This document shows, piece by piece, positions 18,536 to 28,292 of a stretch of DNA of 32,000 bases; position 1 is the first letter of the stretch, and each line of letters starts with the position of its first letter. A program made the translations under genes and the position numbers. The stretch covers positions 1,140,001 to 1,172,000 of the forward strand of contig NC_007335.2 of assembly GCF_000012465.1 (NCBI RefSeq). Direction: 5' to 3'. Source of the stretch: Prochlorococcus marinus str. NATL2A. Its GTDB lineage: Bacteria > Cyanobacteriota > Cyanobacteriia > PCC-6307 > Cyanobiaceae. The notes under the pieces are model-generated. The model worked only from the letters and a program-made list of their open reading frames with translations, had not been told where the DNA came from and did not search any database.

Positions 18536-20182
18536 ATGAAATACGATTTCCAAAGAGATTTAACTTGGTTGATTTCAAGGCCATGGATATTGGTTCCTAG
18601 ATTTATTCAGATAGTTGGTGCAATATCACTTCTACTAGCAAGACTTATATTTCAAGGTTCAAGCAATGAAGACAAAACTCAAAAGAAACTAGCTAAATTT
18701 CTACTTAAAACACTTATTGATCTGGGTCCCTGTTTTATAAAAGTAGGGCAAGCACTTTCAACCAGGCCAGATCTAATAAGAAAAGATTGGCTCGAAGAAT
18801 TAACAAACTTACAAGATAATTTACCATCATTTTCTCATGAAAAAGCACTTGAGATAATTGAAAATGAGCTAGGCAAGCCAGCAAGTGAACTTTTTGAAGA
18901 GTTCCCATCTAAACCAATAGCCTCAGCAAGTCTTGGGCAGGTTTATAAAGCAAAATTATTTGGCGATTATTGGGTAGCAGTAAAAGTTCAGAGGCCTAAT
19001 CTAATTTTCAACATTAGGAGAGATATCGTAATTATAAAAATACTTGGTGTTCTTAGTGCGCCAATACTTCCATTAAATCTTGGGTTCGGACTAGGTGAAA
19101 TAATAGATGAATTTGGAAGAAGTTTATTTGACGAAGTTGATTATAAAAAAGAAGCTAATAATGCAGAAAAATTTTCTAATCTCTTCCACAATAATAATTC
19201 AGTAACTATACCGACAGTAGAAAGACATTTATCAACTATAAAAGTATTAACTACAAGCTGGATTGATGGCACAAAACTAAAAGATAGAAATGAATTAATT
19301 GAAAATAATTTAAATCCTTCAAAACTTATAAGAACTGGTGTTATCAGCGGCATACAACAATTATTGGAATTTGGATATTTTCATGCAGATCCTCATCCAG
19401 GAAATATGTTTGCACTGGAAGGTCATAATGGTGATTTAGGAAATATAGCCTATGTAGATTTCGGAATGATGGACTCAATTTCAGAGGTAGATAGATTAAC
19501 TCTTACTGGTGCAATTGTTCACCTGATCAATAATGATTTTCATTCTGTTGCGAAAGATTTTCAAAAGCTAGGTTTTCTAAGTAAAGAGCAGGACCTTAAG
19601 CCTCTAATACCTGTATTAAAAGAAGTGCTTGGAAGTGCAATTGGTAAAGATGTTGCATCTTTTAATTTTAAAGAAATTACCAACAAATTCTCCGAATTAA
19701 TGTTTGATTATCCCTTTAGAGTACCCGCAAGATTTGCATTAATTATTAGAGCAGTAATTAGCCAAGAAGGACTTGCCATCCGATTAGACCCTGATTTTAA
19801 AATTATAGATTTAGCATATCCATATGTAGCGAAAAGATTACTCACTTCAGATACTAATGAGATGATAAATATATTATTAGACGTCATATTTGATCAGAAT
19901 GGACATATAAGAGTTGAGCGAATAGAAAATTTATTTGATGTACTAGTCCAAGACTCGAGCACACCAGCTAAAGAACTAATACCAGTAGCAGGAGCAGGTT
20001 TAAAGCTTCTAACAAGCTCTAGAGGCTCACTAATAAGGAAAAATTTATTAATGAGTATTATTAAAGACGAAAGGATCGATACTAAAGATATGAAGCAATT
20101 AATCAAATTAGTACGGAAAACCTTCAATCCTTTAAAAATGGTTTCAGCTCTTACCAAACAAAACAACACACAAGTTGCGTAG
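18536..20182 (+). CDS. ABC1/UbiB-family atypical protein kinase
   Basis: 548 aa. LGPCFIKVGQALSTRPDL, ASLGQVYKA, VAVKVQRP, FHADPHPGN, VDFGMM. Confidence 0.9.
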   Translation: MKYDFQRDLTWLISRPWILVPRFIQIVGAISLLLARLIFQGSSNEDKTQKKLAKFLLKTLIDLGPCFIKVGQALSTRPDLIRKDWLEELTNLQDNLPSFSHEKALEIIENELGKPASELFEEFPSKPIASASLGQVYKAKLFGDYWVAVKVQRPNLIFNIRRDIVIIKILGVLSAPILPLNLGFGLGEIIDEFGRSLFDEVDYKKEANNAEKFSNLFHNNNSVTIPTVERHLSTIKVLTTSWIDGTKLKDRNELIENNLNPSKLIRTGVISGIQQLLEFGYFHADPHPGNMFALEGHNGDLGNIAYVDFGMMDSISEVDRLTLTGAIVHLINNDFHSVAKDFQKLGFLSKEQDLKPLIPVLKEVLGSAIGKDVASFNFKEITNKFSELMFDYPFRVPARFALIIRAVISQEGLAIRLDPDFKIIDLAYPYVAKRLLTSDTNEMINILLDVIFDQNGHIRVERIENLFDVLVQDSSTPAKELIPVAGAGLKLLTSSRGSLIRKNLLMSIIKDERIDTKDMKQLIKLVRKTFNPLKMVSALTKQNNTQVA

Positions 20183-20216
20183 ATGATTTTCATAAAATAT
20201 AATAAAAATTAAAAAC

Positions 20217-20675
20217 ATGTTAAATATCAATATTCAAAATATAATCACATTTATTGCAATCAATTTGGATGATCCAAATGTACCGAATATAGATGAATTT
20301 ATTTCCGATTATCAACAAATAAAGCCTATTGAAGATCCAATCTTCTGGCTTTCTTGTGGTGCATTTATTTGTCTAATGTCTGGTTTAATATTTGCAGATA
20401 TTATGAAATCAAAACTAAATAAATGGGCAACATATAAGATATCTCCAATACCTCTAGAGGACCCTAGAACAATATCAAGTTGGTTTTCATTCTTCACGGG
20501 TCTAACAATTATTTTTGTAAGCGCCTTAAGCATTATAAACTTTTCAATTATAAAATCTCTAATATTTTCCTCAATAATCTCAATTATTTTTGGCATAAGC
20601 ATGTGGAAAGCCATCAAAGATTTATTAATCCAAGTAAAAGCGGGAACAGTTAAAGAAATAGATGATTTCTTCTGA
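20217..20675 (+). CDS. Hypothetical integral membrane protein
   Basis: 152 aa with about three hydrophobic helices (FWLSCGAFICLMSGLIF, WFSFFTGLTIIFVSALSII, LIFSSIISIIFGISMW). Same direction as both neighbours. Preferred over the overlapping minus-strand ORF 20312-20704. Confidence 0.55.
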   Translation: MLNINIQNIITFIAINLDDPNVPNIDEFISDYQQIKPIEDPIFWLSCGAFICLMSGLIFADIMKSKLNKWATYKISPIPLEDPRTISSWFSFFTGLTIIFVSALSIINFSIIKSLIFSSIISIIFGISMWKAIKDLLIQVKAGTVKEIDDFF

Positions 20676-20753
20676 TTAATTTTGATTCTATCTACTTTTT
20701 CCAAACCTAGCTAAAATAAAAATGAATACATAATTTAGAAATATCTATGTTTT

Positions 20754-21287
20754 ATGGCATTAAATTTTCCTTTTAAAAAATCCTCGTCAGGTTTTTCTGA
20801 TTCTCATGATAAACCTTCCTCTGATAATGAATTTTTTGAGGCAATTAATTTATTTAAAACTCAAAGACTGAAAATTGGAATTTCATTAGAGACACTTTCA
20901 AAAGAGACAAAAATCTCAAGGAATGTACTAATAGCTATTGAAAATGGATGGAAAAAATATTTACCCGAAAAAACTTATTTAATTTCAATGATCAAAAGTC
21001 TTGAGCTTAATCTCAATTTAGAGAAAGGAAGTTTAAATGGTTTGTCAATACAAAAAGATAGTATGAATAATGTATCGAGATTTAAACTTAATTTTATAAA
21101 TATAGACTTTCTTAATAGCTGGATTGGAAGCCTATTGTATTTTATAATTATGCTTTTATCAATATTAGCTCTTAATAGTCAGCAAAAATATCTTATAAAA
21201 ATAAATAGTATTTCCACAGAACCTATTAAGATGGAAAAAACTTTTATAGGAGATGGGAACGTAATTAATAGAGCAAAAGAAAACTAA
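20754..21287 (+). CDS. Xre-type helix-turn-helix membrane protein, RodZ-like N-terminus
   Basis: 177 aa. HTH region IGISLETLSKETKISRNVLIAIENG followed by one TM helix WIGSLLYFIIMLLSILAL and a short C-terminal tail. Confidence 0.68.
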   Translation: MALNFPFKKSSSGFSDSHDKPSSDNEFFEAINLFKTQRLKIGISLETLSKETKISRNVLIAIENGWKKYLPEKTYLISMIKSLELNLNLEKGSLNGLSIQKDSMNNVSRFKLNFINIDFLNSWIGSLLYFIIMLLSILALNSQQKYLIKINSISTEPIKMEKTFIGDGNVINRAKEN

Positions 21288-21289
21288 TT

Positions 21290-22786
21290 TTATCTTTTAT
21301 TTGCTTTAGCTAAATCACCATATTTTTTCAAAGCATCTCTAATATTTAAATCATTTCTCGGTAATCTCCATGACCAATTATTTTCTGTTGTGCCAGGTTT
21401 ATTTAAACGACAGCTATCATCAAGATTTAACAAATCTTGCATAGGTGCTACAAATAATTTGGCTTTAGTTTCCATGCCTATTCGAATCAATTCCCAAGAA
21501 GTGAAATTCTCATAATCAAAAATCCTTTCTCTAAGTTGTTCTTTTCTACCTTGATCCATTTCTCTCCACCATCCAAGAGAAGTTGAATTGTCGTGAGTTC
21601 CTGTATAAACAATCCAATTTTCTTCTTTAATATTCTCTGGCAAATACGGATTATCCAAATTCCCATCAAAAGCGAATTGAAGTATCTTCATTCCTGCTAA
21701 TTCATAATCATCGCGTAACTTCTCTACTTTTGAGGTTACGAGACCTAAGTCTTCAGCAATTAATGGAAGAGAGCCGCAGCAATCTTTTTTGATTAAACTT
21801 AGTATCTGTTTTCCTGGAGAGGGCAACCAAAGTCCATTCTCTGCTGTTTTATCTTTGCCGGGAATTGCCCAAAAAGCTTCGAGGGCACGAAAATGATCAA
21901 GGCGTAAAAAATCAACCTGTTCTAGATGTCTTGAAATTCTTTTTCTCCACCATCTATATCTACTTGCTTTGTGCCTACTCCAGCGATAAACAGGGTTACC
22001 CCAGAGCTGACCGGTTTCAGAAAAATAATCAGGTGGGACTCCACTTTGAAGGAATGTATCTGAATTAGTCAAAATAGAAAATAATGACCGATTCCCCCAA
22101 ACATCAGCACTATCTTTTGATACATAAAAAGGGACATCTCCAAATAAATAAATTCCTAGATTTTTCGCAAGCTCTCTGATTGATTGCCACTGCCTGTCTA
22201 AATGCCACTGGAGAAGTTTATGGCCTAATAATTCTTTTTGGTTATTTTTTTTCCAATTTTCTAATTCTTTCTTATCCCTACATGCATATTCTTCTGGCCA
22301 TTCCCACCATGGAAGATCATTGTTTTGAATCTTAAGTTCCATAAATATGGAATGATCATCTAACCAAAATTGTTTTGAGCACCATATTTCAAATTCTTCT
22401 TGAATAGTTCTATTCTGTTTATACCAATCATCAACCAAAGAAAAACGTAAGGACTTAACTTTTGAATTTGCTAAATGAAAATCAACTCTATTTTTAAAAC
22501 AATCATTTGCAGAAGAAAAATCTTCCAGGTTATTAGCTAAGAATCCGTCCCTCACTAAATCATTTTGGTCAAGGAACCATGGGTTCAAAGCAAAACTTGA
22601 TGGAGAGCTATATGGAGATCCAAGTGAATCAGTAGGAGCAAGAGGTAAAAATTGCCACACACCTATTCCAAAGGCAGCAAGTTCATTAAGCCATTCTCGA
22701 GCAGGTTTACCGAAACTTCCGCAAACAGGACTATCAGGTAATGAGGTTGGATGAAGCAGGATTCCTGAATTTCTTTCCAATTTCAC
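21290..22786 (-). CDS. malQ: 4-alpha-glucanotransferase (amylomaltase, GH77)
   Basis: 498 aa with a GTG start. SGILLHPTSLP, SPYSSPSSFALNP, DVPFYV, LRLDHFRAL, IAEDLG, YTGTHDN. Confidence 0.93.
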   Translation of the reverse strand: MKLERNSGILLHPTSLPDSPVCGSFGKPAREWLNELAAFGIGVWQFLPLAPTDSLGSPYSSPSSFALNPWFLDQNDLVRDGFLANNLEDFSSANDCFKNRVDFHLANSKVKSLRFSLVDDWYKQNRTIQEEFEIWCSKQFWLDDHSIFMELKIQNNDLPWWEWPEEYACRDKKELENWKKNNQKELLGHKLLQWHLDRQWQSIRELAKNLGIYLFGDVPFYVSKDSADVWGNRSLFSILTNSDTFLQSGVPPDYFSETGQLWGNPVYRWSRHKASRYRWWRKRISRHLEQVDFLRLDHFRALEAFWAIPGKDKTAENGLWLPSPGKQILSLIKKDCCGSLPLIAEDLGLVTSKVEKLRDDYELAGMKILQFAFDGNLDNPYLPENIKEENWIVYTGTHDNSTSLGWWREMDQGRKEQLRERIFDYENFTSWELIRIGMETKAKLFVAPMQDLLNLDDSCRLNKPGTTENNWSWRLPRNDLNIRDALKKYGDLAKANKR

Positions 22787-22951
22787 TTTTTGTTATCTCT
22801 AAAAAATAGAAAAAAAATAGTAATAATGCTATTTTTTTATTAAATTCAAAATGAATACCATTTAGATGGGAAATCTTTTTCTTAAATATCAAAAAAAATA
22901 ATTTAGTAATTTCATATTAACAAATTATTTAATAATATAAAAATTAAATTT

Positions 22952-22976
22952 AAAAAACTCAATTTCTTCTTGAGTT
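22952..22976 (-). terminator. Weak intrinsic-terminator-like hairpin plus T-run inside the malQ-prs spacer
   Basis: Minus strand reads AACTCAA-GAAGAAA-TTGAGTT followed by TTTTAAATTTAATTTTT. The stem is 7 bp with only 2 G:C pairs. Confidence 0.25.
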
Positions 22977-23411
22977 AAAACAAGATCCTCAAAATATTTC
23001 TTTCCAACAATAGTATTATCTAGATAAACGGTTTAATAAGATTTTGAAGTAAGCCGTACAAGCGAGGGATGATTTAACTTGAGATTTTATATTTTTTTCA
23101 TTCCAAACAAACTCTTGCTTTAAAGACCCAATTACATAAATCAAGCTCTCTATAACTAAGTGTTTCCGAAAAAATCACGGTTAAAATCTTTAAGCCTTTA
23201 CCTGAAGTCAAATTATTAATGTTTTCAAAAGAAAATTCTTCAGAAGAAATTACTTTCACATAGCCACCCCAAACAAAAGGCAGGCCAATGATTCCCAGTT
23301 AAAAACCTTAAAATAGAGTTTTAAAAGAAAAAATATAAAAAAGCTTTTATACGATCATGTCTCAACATAACGGTAGATTAGTAAATATCATTTGTTGCTT
23401 GCTGTGGAACC

Positions 23412-24407
23412 GTGACCAGTTTTATTACTGCAGCGAATCCTGAGCCTACTAGTCTCGAGCATGACACTAATAGACTCAGATTAATTAGTGGGACATCCAA
23501 TACAGCACTAGCTAAAGAAATTGCGACTTATATGGGGATAACCAATGTCCCTCTAGTTTCAAAAAGGTTCGCAGATGGGGAGCTCTATGTGCAAATCCAG
23601 CAATCAATTAGAGGATGTGATGTTTTTCTAATACAACCAACCTGTGCTCCTGTTAATGACAGCTTAATGGAGCTAATGATCATGGTTGATGCTTGTAAAA
23701 GAGCATCTGCCAGACAAATTACAGCTGTAATTCCCTATTTTGGTTACGCCAGAGCAGACAGAAAGACAGCTGGTAGAGAGTCAATAACTGCGAAGCTAAC
23801 CGCAAATATTCTTGTGAAGTCAGGAGTAGATAGAGTACTCGCAATGGACTTACATTCCGCACAAATCCAAGGTTATTTCGATATCCCGTGCGATCACATA
23901 TATGGTTCACCTGTTTTAGTTGATTATCTGTCAACCATGAAGCTTGATGAAATAGTAGTCGTCTCTCCGGATGTAGGTGGAGTGGCCAGAGCCAGAGCTT
24001 TTGCTAAGCAAATGAAGGACTCACCTCTAGCAATTATTGATAAACGTCGATCAGGGCATAATGTTGCCGAAAGCCTCACAGTGATTGGGGAAGTCTCTGG
24101 CAAAACTGCAATATTGATTGATGATATGATTGACACTGGAGGTACTATTTGCGCTGGGGCTGAATTACTTAGGAAGGAGGGTGCTAAAAAAGTTATTGCA
24201 TGTGCATCTCATGCTGTTTTCTCTCCACCTGCTTACGCGAGGCTTTCAAAAGAAGGCCTTTTTGAACAAGTTATTGTTACTAATAGCATTCCGGTGCCAA
24301 GTAATTTAGATTTCTCACAATTGAAGGTCTTATCAGTTGCAAATATGCTTGGAGAAGCTATTTGGAGAATTCATGAAGAAAGTTCTGTTAGCTCAATGTT
24401 CAGATGA
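23412..24407 (+). CDS. prs: Ribose-phosphate pyrophosphokinase (PRPP synthetase)
   Basis: 331 aa with a GTG start. RFADGE, IPYFGYARADRK, HSAQIQGYFDIP, PRPP-binding loop ILIDDMIDTGGT. Confidence 0.95.
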   Translation: MTSFITAANPEPTSLEHDTNRLRLISGTSNTALAKEIATYMGITNVPLVSKRFADGELYVQIQQSIRGCDVFLIQPTCAPVNDSLMELMIMVDACKRASARQITAVIPYFGYARADRKTAGRESITAKLTANILVKSGVDRVLAMDLHSAQIQGYFDIPCDHIYGSPVLVDYLSTMKLDEIVVVSPDVGGVARARAFAKQMKDSPLAIIDKRRSGHNVAESLTVIGEVSGKTAILIDDMIDTGGTICAGAELLRKEGAKKVIACASHAVFSPPAYARLSKEGLFEQVIVTNSIPVPSNLDFSQLKVLSVANMLGEAIWRIHEESSVSSMFR

Positions 24408-24417
24408 ATTTTTAAAT

Positions 24418-27039
24418 TTAATTCAAAATCAGTTCCACTACCTCTCTTGTATTAGAAGATATATTTGCTTTATTTAATTTTAATAGTGATTCATACATCC
24501 CTTCCTTATTTTTATTTATATAAGTTTTCCATTTACTAAAAACTTTTACCATTCTTGAAGCCGTTATTGGGTTAATTTTATCTACCTCTATTAATTTATC
24601 TGCCATAAATAAATAACCTTGTCCATCAAGAGAATGAAATAAATCAATATTTTTACTAAATCCTCCGAGAACAGCTCGTATGGCATTTGGAGCCTTCCAA
24701 TCAAATTTAGGATGTGATAGTAATTTTTCAATCACATTAATTCCTCGCTTATGAGGTCTTGAGGCCTCATAAGCGAACCATGAGTCTAAGACCACTGGAT
24801 TTTCTTTCCAAAGGTTATAAAACAGATTAGAAGCTTCTTCGGTCAATGTGTTATCGAGTGGTTTTAATGCTCCTAAAGCCGCCCTTGATATTGTCATTGA
24901 AGAATGACTAATTGATTCAACACAATTTTTTTGCACATCTATATCGCCCGCAAGAGATAAATAAAACCATATAGTCCCTAGTAGTTTTCTCTCTCCTCTA
25001 CCCATTGGCCATTGATGATCAATATTAACTAATAAATTTTTAGATATTATTCTTAGCTCTTGAAGAATTTCATTACCAATTAAAACTTGGAAATCTATTG
25101 ATTCTCTATAAATTCTTATTGGATCAACTTTTGTGAATAAGGATTCCAATTCTGCAAAACCAGGTATTGCTATAAGAGTTGCTAAGAAAAAAGGATCATT
25201 AATTTCTAAGGATTTTATGGTTTGTTTAATAGCATTAATAAACCTATCTTCCAATGAATAATTGGCTTTATTGCAAAGCCTAGTCTTCAAAATTTCACGC
25301 ATCAAATACTGACCAGAGTCCCACCTCGAAAAATAATCATTGTCATTTAAGAAAAGGAAAAGATAGTCATCTATAAGCAAATCAGATTCCCAAACAACAG
25401 GTGAAGAAAATCGTCTAAAAAGTGATAGAACTGGAGCCTCTTTCTCACCTGGGAGAGTATGTATTTTTAGATTTTTCTTATTTTTGTCTAAAATAAATAA
25501 ATTATCCTCAGCTATAGGACTAGCACCTTTTTCTCTGCTATAGCAAGAATAAAGAATTGGAATAACCATTTCCGTATTTTCACTAGTTTTTTCGCTATCT
25601 ATCTTCTGCTCAAAAGAGACATTCAAAATTGAATTCTTTGAATCCCAAGATTGATTTATATAAACTTTCGGTGTACCTGACTTATAATACCAATTAAGAA
25701 ATTTATCTAAATCAAAAGGACAGTTTTTTTCTTCCAAATAAGCACCTTTTATTAATGAATTAATAAAATCCTCAGTTGTAGCGGCACTACCATCAAAAGT
25801 TCTAATATAGAGATTAATACCTCTAAAAAACTTTTCTTTTCCTAGCAATAGCTCAAGCATTCTTATCAACTCAGCACCCTTCTCATATATTGTTGTTGTA
25901 TAAAAATTGTCGATCGCTACATACTCTTTAGGCTTAACCGCATGAGAGGTAGGACCCTTATCTTCAGCAAATTGAAAATTTCTAAGAAATGATACATCTT
26001 CTATTCTTTTTAGTCCTTTACTATGTAGATCTGAGGTAAAAGATTGATCTCTAAAAACTGTCAGACCTTCTTTTAATGAAAGCTGAAACCAATCACGGCA
26101 TGTAATTCTATTGCCAGTCCAATTGTGAAAATATTCGTGTGCTATAACACTTTCTATTCTCTCTAATTCATCATCAGTCGCAGTCTTTGAGTCAGCTAAT
26201 ACCAACTTGGAATTAAAAATATTTAGTCCCTTATTTTCCATCGCTCCCATATTAAAATGCCTTACAGCAACAATTTTATACTCATCTAAATCATATTCAA
26301 GACCGTAATTTTCCTCATCCCATTTCATTGCCTTTATTAGTGAGTTAACGGCATGTTTTGTATATTTCTCATCTCCTTTTTCCACATAAATTCTAATATC
26401 AATTAATCTTCCCGTATTTGTAATATATGTATCTGAGACTGAATTTAATTTACCAGCAACTAAAGCGAATAAATAGCAAGGTTTTGGGAATGGATCTTCC
26501 CATATAAATTCATGTCTAAGATTATTACTATTTAAATTACCTGAATACTTTTCATTCCCATTAGATAATAATATAGGATACAAAGTTCTGTCTGCCTCTA
26601 TTCTTACTGTATATCTACTTAAAACATCTGGCCTATCTGGATGAAAACAAATTCTTCTAAACCCTTCTGCCTCACATTGAGTAGTTAACATTCCTGAGCT
26701 TAAATATAATCCTTCTAATGATGTATTTCTAAAAGGATCTATTAGAGATCTTATTTTTAATTCAAATTCTGATCCTGGAGGACTATGTATAATCAAGCCT
26801 TTATCGGAAATAGAATATTCAGGCAACTTCAATTCTTTTCCATTTATTGATATTGATAATAATTTAATTTGATTACCCTTAAGAACAAGCTTTGAAGATT
26901 CTTTCTTCTTTGGCTTAATTATCATTGAAGATTGAACAACAACGTAATCCGTACCGATATCAAAATCTAAATATATACTGGGTATTAAGAAAGGATATTC
27001 AACATAGTCTGATAATTTAATAGATTTCTGAGTTGACAT
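24418..27039 (-). CDS. pepN: Aminopeptidase N (M1 zinc metallopeptidase)
   Basis: 873 aa. Exopeptidase motif GAMEN. Zinc motif HEYFHNWTGNR with the downstream LKEGLTVF. Confidence 0.95.
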   Translation of the reverse strand: MSTQKSIKLSDYVEYPFLIPSIYLDFDIGTDYVVVQSSMIIKPKKKESSKLVLKGNQIKLLSISINGKELKLPEYSISDKGLIIHSPPGSEFELKIRSLIDPFRNTSLEGLYLSSGMLTTQCEAEGFRRICFHPDRPDVLSRYTVRIEADRTLYPILLSNGNEKYSGNLNSNNLRHEFIWEDPFPKPCYLFALVAGKLNSVSDTYITNTGRLIDIRIYVEKGDEKYTKHAVNSLIKAMKWDEENYGLEYDLDEYKIVAVRHFNMGAMENKGLNIFNSKLVLADSKTATDDELERIESVIAHEYFHNWTGNRITCRDWFQLSLKEGLTVFRDQSFTSDLHSKGLKRIEDVSFLRNFQFAEDKGPTSHAVKPKEYVAIDNFYTTTIYEKGAELIRMLELLLGKEKFFRGINLYIRTFDGSAATTEDFINSLIKGAYLEEKNCPFDLDKFLNWYYKSGTPKVYINQSWDSKNSILNVSFEQKIDSEKTSENTEMVIPILYSCYSREKGASPIAEDNLFILDKNKKNLKIHTLPGEKEAPVLSLFRRFSSPVVWESDLLIDDYLFLFLNDNDYFSRWDSGQYLMREILKTRLCNKANYSLEDRFINAIKQTIKSLEINDPFFLATLIAIPGFAELESLFTKVDPIRIYRESIDFQVLIGNEILQELRIISKNLLVNIDHQWPMGRGERKLLGTIWFYLSLAGDIDVQKNCVESISHSSMTISRAALGALKPLDNTLTEEASNLFYNLWKENPVVLDSWFAYEASRPHKRGINVIEKLLSHPKFDWKAPNAIRAVLGGFSKNIDLFHSLDGQGYLFMADKLIEVDKINPITASRMVKVFSKWKTYINKNKEGMYESLLKLNKANISSNTREVVELILN

Positions 27040-27062
27040 ATTAAATAATTTTTTAATTAGAA

Positions 27063-27515
27063 TTATTTATTTTGATTTAATTGTTCAACAGTTTTTAAGA
27101 ATTTTTTCTGATCTTCTTCTGGGACCATGTCAGGACAATTTTTCATAGCTCCATCAAGAAGCTGCAATATCGCTCCATTATAAATATTTTTGTCTGGTAT
27201 TTTATCTTTTCCTAATTCTTTAATTAGCCCACCATGTCTACTCGAGATAAGCAATGCATAATTTTTTGCTGCTAAGGAAATAGCCTTTGGAAATTCAACT
27301 TCAATCTGTCTTGCCATACAGAGATAGCTAATTCCTATTTGTCTGTATAAAAAGATATCTTCATCAGTAGCAGGAATAAAACTAACTTCCTTCTTATCAG
27401 CGCTAATTTTAGTTGGATTAGATTCTGACTTTATTGAGGAACTACAACTTGATAAAAATATTGAAGCGGCAAAAACAGAAATAGCCAAGATTGTTTTTAT
27501 TGGAGATTTTTTCAT
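27063..27515 (-). CDS. Hypothetical lipoprotein
   Basis: Signal peptide plus lipobox (MKKSPIKTILAISVFAASIFLSSC). I prefer the ATG at 27513-27515 to the TTG at 27522-27524 used by the ORF track. No family recognised. Confidence 0.6.
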   Translation of the reverse strand: MKKSPIKTILAISVFAASIFLSSCSSSIKSESNPTKISADKKEVSFIPATDEDIFLYRQIGISYLCMARQIEVEFPKAISLAAKNYALLISSRHGGLIKELGKDKIPDKNIYNGAILQLLDGAMKNCPDMVPEEDQKKFLKTVEQLNQNK

Positions 27516-27639
27516 TTTTCTCAAGTGATTTTAGTCCATAAAAAAAATCTGATGAAAAAAAATTTATTAAAAAATCTTTACTTTCAGATAAGATATATAT
27601 CATACAATAGGGCCCATATAAATAGATTTTATAAAGTCA

Positions 27640-28197
27640 TTAGTTGGGATTCTTAACCCTTATCTCATGGTGATTCTCAACTATTTTCAACTTATCATTA
27701 AACCAACTATAAATCGTTCTGGATCTAAATTTATCTTGGTCTATTAAGCGAGTATGTTCTAATACGTGCCAGTTATCATAATTAGACTCAAAGATCAACT
27801 CATGTTCATCAACTTGCCTAATATTTGATATCCCTGAAGAATCAGATAAATAAGAGCAATCACGAATTAATTGATGGCCTTGTAATCGAGCAGTTATTTC
27901 ACCCTCACTTTTATAATTTGGCTTTTTAATAAAAAAATCTTTTTGATCTTCGCACCACCAATTAAACCGATAGCTTTCAAATTCCAAATCACTTTGAATT
28001 AACTTACTTACATTTATATACATTTCCAAATTAATAGCCTCTTCTTCATCAAAAAAATATTGTCTTTTAGAATGCCATAAACCAATATTTCGACCAAACC
28101 ACCTCCTTAAACTACTATCAAAATCAATTCTAAGTCTATCGATACCTACTGAAGATTTTGTAGTTCTTCCAATACCAGATGTATGAGAAATAGCCAT
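27640..28197 (-). CDS. CpcS/CpeS-family (DUF1001, phycobilin lyase-like, lipocalin-fold) protein
   Basis: 185 aa. The N-terminal WFGRNIGLWHSKRQYFF resembles the family's F..S.GKW.S.RTSHH. The C-terminal LEHTRLI....FRSRTIY.......ENHHEIRV resembles EERLWF...LR.RTSI.......SEIR. Alignment is from memory only. Confidence 0.55.
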   Translation of the reverse strand: MAISHTSGIGRTTKSSVGIDRLRIDFDSSLRRWFGRNIGLWHSKRQYFFDEEEAINLEMYINVSKLIQSDLEFESYRFNWWCEDQKDFFIKKPNYKSEGEITARLQGHQLIRDCSYLSDSSGISNIRQVDEHELIFESNYDNWHVLEHTRLIDQDKFRSRTIYSWFNDKLKIVENHHEIRVKNPN

Positions 28198-28292
28198 TTT
28201 CTGGAACTGAGAAAATTTAAAAGGTATCTCTTAATTATTAGCTAATTCCTAAAACGAGTCTCATTACCTTAAGGTATGCGTAATTATTTAGA

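Noticed and set aside
20312-20704. 130-aa minus-strand ORF overlapping the 20217-20675 membrane-protein ORF
   Set aside because: The plus-strand frame gives three clean hydrophobic helices and runs in the same direction as both neighbours. The minus-strand product has no distinguishing features. The choice is not certain, which is why the plus-strand call has only moderate confidence.
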